Below are positions 47,870-58,142 of a stretch of 64,000 bases of DNA, piece by piece. The DNA is from Fimbriimonadales bacterium. GTDB taxonomy: Bacteria; Armatimonadota; Fimbriimonadia; Fimbriimonadales; ATM1. The notes beneath the pieces were generated by a model, which had not been told where the DNA came from, ran no database searches, and saw only the letters and a list, made by a program, of their open reading frames with translations. Every line of letters begins with the position of its first letter. The stretch's first letter is position 1. The DNA lies in NCBI GenBank assembly GCA_041744215.1, contig JBGTLG010000041.1:128001-192000 (forward strand), read 5' to 3'. Made by a program: the position numbers and the translations under genes.

Positions 47870-49180
47870 TCAGAGTTGTTGCGTTGCTTTGACGTCCAAA
47901 TAGTAGTTCACGAGATTGGTGCCCAGCGTATCCGGCTCTGAGTCGAGGGTTCTAACACCCGCGGCGTTGAGCAAACGCTGGGCCTTTTCTCTTTCCTCAT
48001 GAAACAGATTCGCTGATGTTCGCAGATAGGGACCGACGGGATCGTCCAGGTCTGCCTGACGTTGTGATTGCAGGCCAGGGTCTGCGACGCTCACCACCAG
48101 GCAAATGTGTCGGCGAGCCAGGGGACCGAGCACTGACAGCAGTTTGCGTGCCTCGTCCGGATCCTCGATCTCCGTAAAGACCACCATAAGACTCCGTCGT
48201 TTCCAACGGGTCGCGAGGTAGTTGAACGAATCCCTGGCGTTTGCCTCGATCGGCTCCGCTCTTAGGGCATGCAGTGCCTCAATGATGTGGCCGAGTTGCC
48301 CTCTTCCGCGCTTCGGCGCGATCCAGCGCTCTACTCGGTCAGCATAAACCAAGAGGCCAATCTGATCGTTTGCCGTTGAGGCCGCGTTTCCGAGCATAAG
48401 GGCCGCATCCAGCACGTAATCGAGTTTCTCGATAGAGCCGACCTCCGCCATCATCAGCCGTCCGTAGTCGATGACCAACAGCACTGGCTGGTTGCGCTCT
48501 GCTTCAAACTCCCTAACGATCAGCTTTCCGCGCCTCGCTGTGGCTTTCCAGTCCATCTTCCTATAGTCGTCGCCGCTCGCGTAGTCGCGTAGCGCATCGA
48601 AGTCCGTTCCAACCCCCTTCAATCGCGATCGGCGGATGCCGATCTGGCGCAAGTGCCCGCGCTGTTTTAGGAGGTCGAATTTGCGGAGAGCGAGAATGTT
48701 CGGATACACCCTTACAATCTGCCGTGTCGGGATTCGCGACTGGCGGGCGACCAGTCCAAGAGGACCATCCGCGCGAACGAACGAATCTCGAAAGAAGTAG
48801 TCTCCTCGCTCCGACGGCGAGACGTGATACCGGTACTCCTTAGTTTGGCCTGGGAGCAAGTCGACATCGAATTCCTGTTGATCAGCTACAAATTCTGGCG
48901 GAGGCTCATCGCGAAGCCGGAACTGAAGTCGCGAGGTCCCTTCGTTCGTAACGCGCAGTCGAACCAAGTTCTCGGTACGCACGCTTAGCACCCGGTCCAT
49001 CCGGCGATCGATCCGAACATCCCGCCCGCTTGGAGCCATCGCGTAAGCAAGAAAAGCCAAGCCGAACACAGCGAGGTTGAATGGCCAGACAAAAGCGAAA
49101 AGCGAGGGGTCGATTGATCCAAGCACCGCGATCAGCACGCCGCCAGCTAAGAGCGCAAAGAATTTCCATCGGAGAATCAC
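47870..49180 (-). CDS. DUF58 domain protein
   Basis: VYPN, GTDFDALRDY..GDD.RKMDWKATAR, D.GR.M; GTG start inferred. Confidence 0.92.
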   Translation of the reverse strand: MILRWKFFALLAGGVLIAVLGSIDPSLFAFVWPFNLAVFGLAFLAYAMAPSGRDVRIDRRMDRVLSVRTENLVRLRVTNEGTSRLQFRLRDEPPPEFVADQQEFDVDLLPGQTKEYRYHVSPSERGDYFFRDSFVRADGPLGLVARQSRIPTRQIVRVYPNILALRKFDLLKQRGHLRQIGIRRSRLKGVGTDFDALRDYASGDDYRKMDWKATARRGKLIVREFEAERNQPVLLVIDYGRLMMAEVGSIEKLDYVLDAALMLGNAASTANDQIGLLVYADRVERWIAPKRGRGQLGHIIEALHALRAEPIEANARDSFNYLATRWKRRSLMVVFTEIEDPDEARKLLSVLGPLARRHICLVVSVADPGLQSQRQADLDDPVGPYLRTSANLFHEEREKAQRLLNAAGVRTLDSEPDTLGTNLVNYYLDVKATQQL

Positions 49181-49210
49181 CCAGATACCCCCTGAGGTAC
49201 CCTCGAATCG

Positions 49211-49957
49211 GTGCCGATTGAATACGCAGTCCTGACACCTGAGAAGGTCGCCGTAAAGTATCCGCTCGCTGGGATCGGGTCGCGGGTTTTTGCGTACCTC
49301 ATCGACTTTGTCGTGATAATGATCCTCCTTCAAGCAGTCGCCGTCGGGGTCGCACTGTTAGGAGTATTGTCGCAGGGTTTCGCGATGTTCGCGATGGCGA
49401 TTTTGGGCCTATCAGTGGTCGTCGGCTATCACATAGTACTCGAAGCTTTTTGGAACGGACAGACGCTCGGAAAGAAGGCGCTGGGCGTCCGGGTGAGGAT
49501 GGCGGATGGATCGCCGGTAACGCCGGGCGCGGCATTCCTGCGGAATGTGCTTCGGCTCGGGGACTTCCTGCCAAGTTTCTATACAGTAGGGCTGATGGCG
49601 ATGTTCTTCACCGAAAAGAGCCAGCGACTTGGGGACGTCGCAGCGAACACCATCGTCGTGAAGGAGCGACGCAACGTGGATCCGATCCCCCTCAGCAGCC
49701 CCTTGACCGAAGAGGAGCACCCCTTGGAGGAACTCGTTGGCGACCTCCGCGGCATGACTATCGAGGAGTACCTCGCGGTGAAGACGTTGTGCGATCGGTA
49801 TCCGGACTTGCCCAGAGAGGTCCAGCAGAAACTTGTGCGAGAAGTGTGGCTGCCGGTCGCGAACCGCCACGGAGTCGGAGCGTACTACGACGTTCATCCG
49901 GTGTACCTCATGGAGGCGACGGTGATGAAGTACGCCCGCAGGAACGGACTTCTGTGA
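49211..49957 (+). CDS. RDD family protein
   Basis: TPE.V...Y.LAG.GSR..A..ID, GQTLGK, QRLGD.AA.T.V. Confidence 0.92.
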   Translation: MPIEYAVLTPEKVAVKYPLAGIGSRVFAYLIDFVVIMILLQAVAVGVALLGVLSQGFAMFAMAILGLSVVVGYHIVLEAFWNGQTLGKKALGVRVRMADGSPVTPGAAFLRNVLRLGDFLPSFYTVGLMAMFFTEKSQRLGDVAANTIVVKERRNVDPIPLSSPLTEEEHPLEELVGDLRGMTIEEYLAVKTLCDRYPDLPREVQQKLVREVWLPVANRHGVGAYYDVHPVYLMEATVMKYARRNGLL

Positions 49958-50119
49958 ATAATCGTGTTGGAAACTTTGGTGTTCGGGTGTGGTCGGCTGC
50001 TACGCCTCCAGGGACTGGGGATAACTGGCCCGATTCCGCCTGCGTTATCCACATCAAACCCGGTACTTTTCCCATGCACAAGAGGCCAGCTTCTTATTCG
50101 AGTTGCCGACTTGTCCACA
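49953..50119. promoter_or_regulatory. DnaA-box cluster (candidate oriC or DnaA-binding locus)
   Basis: TGTGAATAA 49953-61, TGGGGATAA 50016-24, TTATCCACA 50045-53, TTGTCCACA 50111-19. Confidence 0.6.
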
Positions 50120-50158
50120 TTAGGCCGGCTCTTAACAATCACAACGAGGAGCAGTTAA

Positions 50159-51277
50159 GTGCTTCTTGAATCATTCCGGGAATGTGGAGAACCGACTCGG
50201 TTCAAGACACTTCAGCTCAGGGACTTCCGGAACTACGAGTCCCTTAAGATTGAGTTCGGCGACACGGTCAACCTCATTATTGGACCGAACGCACAAGGCA
50301 AGTCGAACCTCCTTGAGGCGTTGTCTGTCATCTCGGTGACCCGCTCCTTCCGTGGTGCGAAAGATCGGTCGATGGTGCGCAGCGGTTGCGAGGTGGCTCT
50401 GGTTGGATCCGAAACCGAGGCAGGGGAGGTTTCGATCCGGATCCCAAGGCAAGGCAGGAGGTCGGCAGCTATAGGCGGGTCGGCGATCCCGCGTGTGCAA
50501 GATTTGATTGGCCGATTGCCCACCATCAGTTTCTCGTCATCGGACATCGAGCTGATTACTGGAGAGCCATCCGCACGGAGACGGTTCCTTGACCTCGAGT
50601 TATCGCAGCTCAGCCCGAAGTATCTGGTCGCGTTCTCGGATTACCGGCGAGCTCTCGACCAGCGCAATGCATTGCTTAAGCAGATACGTGAGGGTTGGGA
50701 AGAGCCAGCTACATTGGACGTTTGGGACCACAAGCTGGCTGTCGCGGGCGCTTTAATGCGCCTTCACAGGCGAGCATTCGTCGAGTCGCTCTCATCGCTT
50801 GCGGCAACGAGGCACGGGGACCTGTCAGGGATCGAAGAGAGGTTGACTGTTCGGTACGCAAGTCAGGACGAAAGCGAGACGGAAGCAGAACTGCGTCAGA
50901 AACTCGAGGAGAAACGGAAGACGGACATCGTTATTGGATCTACCTCGGTAGGCCCGCATCGTGATGACCTAGTGATCGAGATAGAGAGCCTTGGCGCTTC
51001 TGCGTTTGGGAGTCAAGGCCAGCAAAGAACCGCACTTCTCGCGATCAAGTTAGCTCAAGTCGACTACTGGCGCGCGCGCGAGGGACGGATACCAGCCCTG
51101 CTCCTTGATGACATTCTCAGCGACCTCGACGCCGCTCGACGTCGCCAGGTATTGAGCGTGTCCGGATCACTAGGGCAAGTCTTTGTTACTGCGACGGACC
51201 TCCAATCCGTCAGCGATAGTGTATCAGGTTCAGCCTCAATCTTCAACATATCCCAGGGGAAGGTCTCAGGGGCTTGA
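50159..51277 (+). CDS. recF: DNA replication/repair protein RecF
   Basis: DFRNY, GPNAQGKSNLLEA, GEP..RRRFLD, GPHRDD, GSQGQQR, LLLDD.LS.LD. Confidence 0.97.
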   Translation: MLLESFRECGEPTRFKTLQLRDFRNYESLKIEFGDTVNLIIGPNAQGKSNLLEALSVISVTRSFRGAKDRSMVRSGCEVALVGSETEAGEVSIRIPRQGRRSAAIGGSAIPRVQDLIGRLPTISFSSSDIELITGEPSARRRFLDLELSQLSPKYLVAFSDYRRALDQRNALLKQIREGWEEPATLDVWDHKLAVAGALMRLHRRAFVESLSSLAATRHGDLSGIEERLTVRYASQDESETEAELRQKLEEKRKTDIVIGSTSVGPHRDDLVIEIESLGASAFGSQGQQRTALLAIKLAQVDYWRAREGRIPALLLDDILSDLDAARRRQVLSVSGSLGQVFVTATDLQSVSDSVSGSASIFNISQGKVSGA

Positions 51278-51720
51278 GGCGAGAACCAAACAGCATTCAA
51301 AACCTGATGATGTCGGGTTTCGGCCGGCCGGAGATCGTGCGGCTTGTCAGGGCAAGGCGCGTGTGGGCTCGCTGGAGCGAGGTAGTCGGCGAGGCGCTCG
51401 CTACGAAGTGCGCGCCGAGTCGTTTTGCGACAGGCACGTTATGGATAAAGGTGTCTGGCGCATCGTGGGCGCAAGAGATGCGAATGCAAAAGAAGCTTTT
51501 ACTTGCAAAGCTCAATGCAATCGAAAACGTTTTTGAGGATCTGCGATTTGAGGTCGGCTCAGTCGATGCGCAAGTTGTTGAGAGCGATGCTGTTCACGAG
51601 CCGATTGAACCGGAAGAAGTCGATGTGCAATTCAAAGTAGCGGAGTTTGAAGAGGTCGGGCGACGTGTTCTCGGAAAGATGAAGGCGTTGTCGCGCAAGC
51701 GCAATGTGGAAGAGAGTTGA
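51274..51720 (+). CDS. dciA: DUF721/DciA family protein
   Basis: W.EVVG..LA....P, L.I.V....WAQE; typical position after recF. Confidence 0.85.
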   Translation: MRREPNSIQNLMMSGFGRPEIVRLVRARRVWARWSEVVGEALATKCAPSRFATGTLWIKVSGASWAQEMRMQKKLLLAKLNAIENVFEDLRFEVGSVDAQVVESDAVHEPIEPEEVDVQFKVAEFEEVGRRVLGKMKALSRKRNVEES

Positions 51721-53161
51721 GAATCGCTATCCTCACTTTTGCCATAGGCCAACAGTAGCCTGTTTACCGTCGTTCTTTGCGGGTTTATTGGCAATCTATT
51801 CGTTCTGGTTCCTGTTGCTCGTTCCGATATCTTGCTTGTTTGCTCGACGATACTTGCTGCTTGCCGCCTCGCTTTTTGCGCTGGGTTTTCTGCGGAGTGT
51901 GTTTGCCCCTATCCCTGGCCCTGCGCTAGTACCTGGCGAATATGAAGTGACGGGCATAGTGACGCAGACACCAAACCTAAGGCTCAACACACAATCGTTT
52001 GTCATCCGTTCTGAAGAAAGGAAGTTACTGATCACGGCGCGGGCATCGCAGTGGGTTATGGCGGGTGACTGCGTGAAGGTTACTGGCACGGTATTGCCAA
52101 TCAAAAGCGAATCGCGTGCGTACTGGATACGCAGGGGCGTGTCGCAGTCCATGTTCGTGGTGTTTGGAGGCTCTGTCGAGTTGATAACGCCAGGCAGAGG
52201 GCTAGCAGCGATCGGCTCGGAGTGGCGCACAAGGACATGGTCGCGATTAGTCACGCACCTACCGAAGGAGCGTGCTGGCTTGGCAATGGGAATAGTCGCA
52301 GGTCAGCAAGGTCTCGTTCCCCCTCAGACACACGAGAATATGAAGCGCGCCGGAACATTGCACCTCCTCGCCACTAGTGGCTTCAACGTGCTGCTACTGG
52401 CAGGTGCGTTGATGTTTTTGATTGCCCATCTCCCAGTTCCGAAACCTGTACAGTGCGCGTTAGCAATCGCACTACTTCTGATTTATTGCTTCGCAGTTGG
52501 CTCAAAACCCCCTGTTCTCAGGGCGACGGCCATGGCGAGCACGTTCTTTGCGATTCAAGCCTTTCGGCGGACGCCAGACACGCTCTCACTCCTCGCGCTC
52601 GCAGCAATCGGGTTCGCCCTGCTCGAGCCCGCAGCGGTTCTCGACGCTGGATATCAGCTGAGCTTCCTTGCCGTTGCGGCGCTAATACTGTTTTTCCCGC
52701 CTGCTAACCGGGCCCTAGTCAAGAGAACGGCGAGCGTTCGGAGCGGCGTTGCTAAGATGGTGGCGCGGTTAGTCGGAGCTTCGCTTATCGTGACGGTAAT
52801 CGCTCAGCTCGGATCCGCTCCAATCCTCGCGTATCACTTCGGCGGAATCTCGATCGTTGCGCCGATCGCAAATCTGCTCACCGCTGCGACGGTTCCCTTT
52901 GTCTACGCTGGGGTCGGGCTTGGGCAGCTGTTCTCCTACGTTCACGATTCGGTGTCGTACGGCTTTGATTTCGGTGTTGCGGGTGTCGCATGCTCCTGGA
53001 TCGAGTGGATCAACTCCGCGCTCGGCTCGCCCGCATGGTCGTTTCTTGAGTTCGAGCCCATTCCGGGCTGGGCGGCCGCGACTTTGGTGGGCATTTTCCT
53101 CTTGTCGAGCCGGCCCTACGTTGTGAGACCGGATGAAATGGTCGACGAAGATATACTGTGA
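51704..53161 (+). CDS. comEC: ComEC/Rec2 competence protein (no C-terminal metallo-beta-lactamase domain)
   Basis: OB region, GTLHLLATSGFNV, PVLRA..M, GYQLSFLA, ANL. Confidence 0.9.
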   Translation: MWKRVENRYPHFCHRPTVACLPSFFAGLLAIYSFWFLLLVPISCLFARRYLLLAASLFALGFLRSVFAPIPGPALVPGEYEVTGIVTQTPNLRLNTQSFVIRSEERKLLITARASQWVMAGDCVKVTGTVLPIKSESRAYWIRRGVSQSMFVVFGGSVELITPGRGLAAIGSEWRTRTWSRLVTHLPKERAGLAMGIVAGQQGLVPPQTHENMKRAGTLHLLATSGFNVLLLAGALMFLIAHLPVPKPVQCALAIALLLIYCFAVGSKPPVLRATAMASTFFAIQAFRRTPDTLSLLALAAIGFALLEPAAVLDAGYQLSFLAVAALILFFPPANRALVKRTASVRSGVAKMVARLVGASLIVTVIAQLGSAPILAYHFGGISIVAPIANLLTAATVPFVYAGVGLGQLFSYVHDSVSYGFDFGVAGVACSWIEWINSALGSPAWSFLEFEPIPGWAAATLVGIFLLSSRPYVVRPDEMVDEDIL

Positions 53162-53165
53162 TTCA

Positions 53166-53543
53166 ATGCCGTAGTCGCTTGAAGACTACGCCAACGCAGC
53201 TCGTGAGACGGTTTCCGAAATCCAACCCGTTGACGTCGAACGCTTCGTTTCTGAGGGATGGATTCTGCTGGATGTTCGCGAACCGGATGAGTTCAGCGAA
53301 GGACACATCGAAGGCGCATACAATGTGCCAAGAGGAATGCTTGAGGTGCGAGCGGACCACGAACACCGTAAGCGCGACCCTAAGCTGCAAGATCGGGCAC
53401 TTCGGATTGTATGTTACTGCGGCGGTGGCTATCGTAGCCTCCTTGCCGCAAAGGTTCTGAAAGAGATGGGATTTGCGGATGCAGTCAGTTTGTCCGGCGG
53501 CTGGCGGAGTTGGACGAAAGCAGGATTACAGACCACTCGCTAA
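53166..53543 (+). pseudogene. Rhodanese-like protein with in-frame TAG at codon 3
   Basis: ATG CCG TAG TCG... then SLEDYA...LLDVREPDEF.EGHIEGA.NVPRG...YCGGGYRS...LSGG..SW. Confidence 0.8.
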
Positions 53544-53655
53544 GGCGACGATCGCGATTTACAACACCGACTCGCCCTGCCCGTTACCGATCCCCCCACA
53601 TTCTCTATGACACTGAAAACTCAATATGCTGAGTTGCGCCGCGTCATTCCAGAAC

Positions 53656-54960
53656 TTAAGGCTGCAGTTCGACGACGAAGCGCGCATAGCTCTCGTAGCC
53701 TGACCGCCGCCCGGTTCTCGCATCGGAAGACGAAAGGCTCACGCCCGCGCTGTGGACGACCAATCTGTTGCCAGTAACGAGGAACTTCAGCGGATCATCG
53801 CTGAGTGGATCTGCGGGGTCGACACCCGCGAGGTCCGCGGCCTCCGATAACGTTGGCCACGCGCCTGCTTCCTGCCGGAGCCGGACCGCAGCGACCCCGA
53901 TGCGCGTGACTTTACAGGCCGCGCTCGCCAGGAGAACTTGCTCGGCGACCCGGTGGAACCGCGGCGCTAACCACTTTGCGAGGCCCATGCCCGGATCGAG
54001 GAACGCACTCGTGGCGCGGAGCTTGCGTCGAACTTCGGTCAGCGCTTCCGGATCCGGCCAAACGCACGCACTTTCGACCGTGTACACAGCCAGAGCCTCC
54101 TCTGCGCCTCCGCCGCCCCTCACGTAATACCAATCATGAACGCCTCCGCTTCGATGCATGTACGAAGACGCTGGCCGCTCAGAGTTACGAATCTCTTGAG
54201 TTGCGTGACGGAGGCCCGCCAGTTCTTCGCCAAGGACATTCGGCGAAATGTCAATGTTAAGTTGGTTCGCCACGCTCTGTAACTTTGAGAGCCCCTCTGC
54301 GTTCTGCTGTAATCCAACTGTTGCAGCAGCGATTGTATACGACAGCGAATGCAACGTGGAAGCTGTCGCAGTTGTGCCGGCGAGAAACGGTTGCGCGTCC
54401 ATGATCTTGATGATTTGGAGGCAGGACTCAAAGTCGTCGATCGCTCCGTCAGCATCGTCAAGTCGGGCGCACAAAACCGCTCGAGCGGAGATGAGCAAGA
54501 TCGCATCACGAAAGTCTCCTAGTTCAGGAAACAGCTCGGAGTACGGACCGCTCCACTTCTTCTCTTGGACAAATGGGCCCAGCGCTGCCGCCTCCTTGTA
54601 GAGCTTAATCTTGTCGCTCGCGGCAGCCATCACGATCTTTGCTGTGCGGAGGTCTGTGTGCTGGCGCACTCGCAGCCCGCGCACCACCTCCGCGGGTCGG
54701 ATGCCCTCGGGGAGTGCGCCGAACGCCGGTGCAGCTCGAGCCCTTGCCCACGCCTCCTCGGCGCGAAGGTTCGGCCCCGGGAGGGCGGCTACCATTTCCT
54801 CAAGATCGGTGACGAGACCCATTGATTTCGCCTCGGACAGAGCGTCCTCCAGCGGACCGGCTGCCCCCCCGTTGGCAATGATGCGCGCGATGGCAAGCGC
54901 CGCCATACCCAGGAGAAGAAGCGCGAACCCTGTTCCGAGAAGAAACCTTCTGCGGGTCAT
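53656..54960 (-). CDS. Membrane-anchored hypothetical protein
   Basis: N-terminal TM, helical body, C-terminal G.WP.L...DP.S..P..F...VHSAG. Confidence 0.75.
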   Translation of the reverse strand: MTRRRFLLGTGFALLLLGMAALAIARIIANGGAAGPLEDALSEAKSMGLVTDLEEMVAALPGPNLRAEEAWARARAAPAFGALPEGIRPAEVVRGLRVRQHTDLRTAKIVMAAASDKIKLYKEAAALGPFVQEKKWSGPYSELFPELGDFRDAILLISARAVLCARLDDADGAIDDFESCLQIIKIMDAQPFLAGTTATASTLHSLSYTIAAATVGLQQNAEGLSKLQSVANQLNIDISPNVLGEELAGLRHATQEIRNSERPASSYMHRSGGVHDWYYVRGGGGAEEALAVYTVESACVWPDPEALTEVRRKLRATSAFLDPGMGLAKWLAPRFHRVAEQVLLASAACKVTRIGVAAVRLRQEAGAWPTLSEAADLAGVDPADPLSDDPLKFLVTGNRLVVHSAGVSLSSSDARTGRRSGYESYARFVVELQP

Positions 54961-55000
54961 CTTGCATTCATACGTATTTGCGGCGCAGAACGTAAGCAGG

Positions 55001-57613
55001 CTACATAGCTCGAAACTGAGAGATGCGCGTGTTCATTTTGTCAATTTGCGCTTCGAGGCTTCCCACCGCTTGCTGGTCGCGCTCAACGATTTCGGGCTTT
55101 GCCCGCTCGACGAAGCTTGGGTTATCGAGCCGCGCGCGAATCGGTTTCAGTTCTTCTTGCAGCTTGGTCATCTCCTTTTCCAGCCGCGCCAACTCTTTCG
55201 CCGGATCCACGAGGCCCTCGACCGGGAGGTGGATATCCACGCCTTCGACGGTCGAACTGACGTGCACTGCGTGCGGAGTGGACTCTTCTATCTTTTCAAA
55301 CCTCGCCTGCGTACGGATCATTTCTGTGTCGCCGTCAAAACCGACGACGTGCAGCGTTGGCAAAACCAGACCGGGAGATAGTCCGAACTCTTGTCGCAGG
55401 TTTCTTGCCGAACGAACGATCTCTTGCCTTATGGCCATTTCCGCTTCCGCAGGGCTGTCATGCCATTCCTCTGGCGCTTCTGGCCAATCTACGTAGTCGA
55501 GGAAAGCTCCGTCGTCGACGCCTGGGAGCTTGTGCCAGATTTCCTCTGTGATGTGCGGCATAAACGGGTGCATGAGCCTGCAGAACGAATCCATGCACGT
55601 GTAAAGCACTCGCTGTGGCGTCACCCGACTTGCGTTATCTGCAAGTCGGGACTTCACAATCTCGATGTACCAGTCGCAGAAATCGCTCCAAAAGAATTCA
55701 TTGAGCGCTTTGCAGGCGTCCATCATGTTGTAATTCTTTAGGGCGTCATTAACCGCCTTAGAACACCCGTAGAGCCTTGAAAGAATCCATTTGTCCTCAA
55801 GTTTTAGATCGGTTAGTTCACCGTGCTCATAGCCTTCAAGATTCATTAGCACGAACCGGGATGCGTTCCAAATCTTGTTGCAGAAGTTTCGGGCCTCCTC
55901 GATGCGCTTATCACCAAATCGTATCTCTTGGTTGTGTCCGGTTTGAACAAGCAACGAGAAGCGCATTGCGTCTGCGCCGAAGTTGTCGATGTAGGCAAGC
56001 GGATCCACCCCTGTTCCGAGGGACTTGCTCATGCGCTTCCCGTCGTCGGTAAGCACGGTCGCGTAAACATATACGTCGCGGAACGGCACTTCTTTCATCT
56101 GATCGAGTCCGTCCATGATCATTCTTGCAACCCAGAGATAAATGATGTCGCGTGCTGTCACAAGAACGTTCGTCGGATAGTAGTCACGCAGCGTATCGGT
56201 TTCCTCTGGCCAACCGAGCGTTGCGAATGGCCATAGCGCGCTCGAAAACCACGTGTCGAGCACGTCCGGGTCCGCCGTTACTGGCTTTCCGGCCTTCACT
56301 TCGGCCTCGCGCTCGTTCATAGCCGCGACGGCCGTGCCGTCATCTGTGTAGTAGACAGGTACTCGGTGGCCCCACCAGAGTTGCCTGCTCAGGCACCAGT
56401 CTCGGATGTTCTCCATCCAGCTCAGATACACATCAGTATAACGTTCCGGCGTAAACTTTACATTTCCAGATCGAACGGCCTCGATCGCCGGTGCTGCGAG
56501 TGCTTTCATCCTGCAGAACCACTGCTCGCTTAGCAGCGGCTCAATCACCTGCCCGCTGCGGTCACTGATCTTCAGAGGAATGTCGTAGTCCTCGATCTTC
56601 TCGACAAGGCCCTGCGCCTCCATTTCGGCAACGATGCGCTTTCGCGCTTCGTAGCGATCCAATCCGTGAAATGGAGTGCCCTCCGCTATCACCTTTGCGT
56701 TTTCGTCGATGCAAACAGGAACTGTGTTGATGTCGATTCCCATTCGCATTCCAACTTCATAGTCGTTGGGATCGTGAGCCGGTGTTATCTTGACTGCACC
56801 GCTTCCAAACTCTGGGTCTGGGTATTCATCCAGAATCAGCGGTATCTCGCGATCCGTCAACGGTAAGCGCAACATTTTGCCGGTGAGGTTTTTGTATCGC
56901 GCATCCTTTGGATTTACTGCGACTGCAACGTCGGCGAGCATCGTCTCGGGCCGGGTCGTCGCGATGACCACATGGCCGGATCCGTCGGCGAGCGGATACT
57001 TGAAATGGTATAACTTTCCTCGCCTAACTTCATCATATACTTCGATATCGCTTACGCTGGTCTTTAGGCCTGGATCCCAATTCACGATGCGCTTTCCTCG
57101 GTAGATGAGGCCCCGTTCGTACCAGTCGATGAACACTTTCAGAACTGCGTCGTGGTAAGCGGGATCCATCGTGAATCGCTCGCGGCTCCAATCGTAAGCG
57201 AATCCCAATCGTTTGAACTGCTTGAGAATGGTTCCGCCTGATTCGTCTTTCCACTTCCACACGCGATCGACAAACAGTTCACGGCCCAAATCGAATCGCG
57301 TTTTTCCTTCCGCTTTGAGTTGCGCTTCGACAACTTTTTGCGTTGCGATTCCCGCGTGATCGGTGCCAGGAAGAACAAGCACTTCAAAGCCTTGCATTCT
57401 TTTCCATCGCCCTAAGACGTCTTGAATGGAGTAACAGAGGGCATGCCCCATATGAAGGCTGCCAGTGACGTTGGGCGGCGGGATCGTGATGCAATACCGC
57501 CGGTCAGACCGGCGATACTCTGGCCGGAAAAGCCCGGCAAACTCCCAATTGCGATACCATTTTTCTTCCACCTGCTTCGGATCGTAGCGGGTGGAAAGCG
57601 TCGAATCCGTCAT
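55001..57613 (-). CDS. valS: Valine--tRNA ligase
   Basis: PPPNVTGSLHMGH, DWCLSRQLWWGH, RMSKS, C-terminal coiled coil. Confidence 0.99.
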   Translation of the reverse strand: MTDSTLSTRYDPKQVEEKWYRNWEFAGLFRPEYRRSDRRYCITIPPPNVTGSLHMGHALCYSIQDVLGRWKRMQGFEVLVLPGTDHAGIATQKVVEAQLKAEGKTRFDLGRELFVDRVWKWKDESGGTILKQFKRLGFAYDWSRERFTMDPAYHDAVLKVFIDWYERGLIYRGKRIVNWDPGLKTSVSDIEVYDEVRRGKLYHFKYPLADGSGHVVIATTRPETMLADVAVAVNPKDARYKNLTGKMLRLPLTDREIPLILDEYPDPEFGSGAVKITPAHDPNDYEVGMRMGIDINTVPVCIDENAKVIAEGTPFHGLDRYEARKRIVAEMEAQGLVEKIEDYDIPLKISDRSGQVIEPLLSEQWFCRMKALAAPAIEAVRSGNVKFTPERYTDVYLSWMENIRDWCLSRQLWWGHRVPVYYTDDGTAVAAMNEREAEVKAGKPVTADPDVLDTWFSSALWPFATLGWPEETDTLRDYYPTNVLVTARDIIYLWVARMIMDGLDQMKEVPFRDVYVYATVLTDDGKRMSKSLGTGVDPLAYIDNFGADAMRFSLLVQTGHNQEIRFGDKRIEEARNFCNKIWNASRFVLMNLEGYEHGELTDLKLEDKWILSRLYGCSKAVNDALKNYNMMDACKALNEFFWSDFCDWYIEIVKSRLADNASRVTPQRVLYTCMDSFCRLMHPFMPHITEEIWHKLPGVDDGAFLDYVDWPEAPEEWHDSPAEAEMAIRQEIVRSARNLRQEFGLSPGLVLPTLHVVGFDGDTEMIRTQARFEKIEESTPHAVHVSSTVEGVDIHLPVEGLVDPAKELARLEKEMTKLQEELKPIRARLDNPSFVERAKPEIVERDQQAVGSLEAQIDKMNTRISQFRAM

Positions 57614-57650
57614 TCGATTTCACCTTCCTGTCGCGAAAGCTGGCGGAAGT

Positions 57651-58142
57651 TTACCTTTCAGAATCGATGACGGTCTTGATCGCGTCGTAAGACTCTTCGA
57701 GGCTCTGCGGCAGGACCCGCACCTCACCGACAACCGGCATAAAGTTGGTATCGCCCGACCACCTTGGCACGATGTGCCAGTGGAGATGATCCTCTATGCC
57801 TGCCCCTGCGGCTCGGCCGAGATTCGCTCCTACATTGAAGCCCTCTGGGTGATATGCCGCCGACAGCCAACGGATGCAGTCGCGGACGAGCTGCTGTACC
57901 TCAAGCAACTCACTATCATCGAGGTCAGCCATGTCAGATGTGTGTTTATAAGGCGCGACCATGAGGTGGCCATTGTTATAAGGAAATGCGTTCATGATAA
58001 CGAACGCAGTTGTGCCGCGAAAGATGATGAGGTTTTTGCGGTCGTCCGATTCAGCGGGCAAGTCGACGAAGATGCACTCGCCCCCCCCGTCTTTGGCGGC
58101 TTTGATGTAAGCGTATCTCCAGGGGGCCCAGAGCCGATCCAT
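57651..58142 (-). CDS. HIT domain protein
   Basis: LWAPWR, CIF, N.FPY..GH, HLHWHIVPRW.GD.NF. Confidence 0.95.
   Translation of the reverse strand: MDRLWAPWRYAYIKAAKDGGGECIFVDLPAESDDRKNLIIFRGTTAFVIMNAFPYNNGHLMVAPYKHTSDMADLDDSELLEVQQLVRDCIRWLSAAYHPEGFNVGANLGRAAGAGIEDHLHWHIVPRWSGDTNFMPVVGEVRVLPQSLEESYDAIKTVIDSER

Noticed and set aside
53166..53174. Genome-wide TAG recoding or pyrrolysine
   Set aside because: TAG ends several genes at expected positions and no pyl genes are in the window.
53158..53460. 100-aa ORF after comEC
   Set aside because: Wrong frame; the rhodanese frame carries the motifs.
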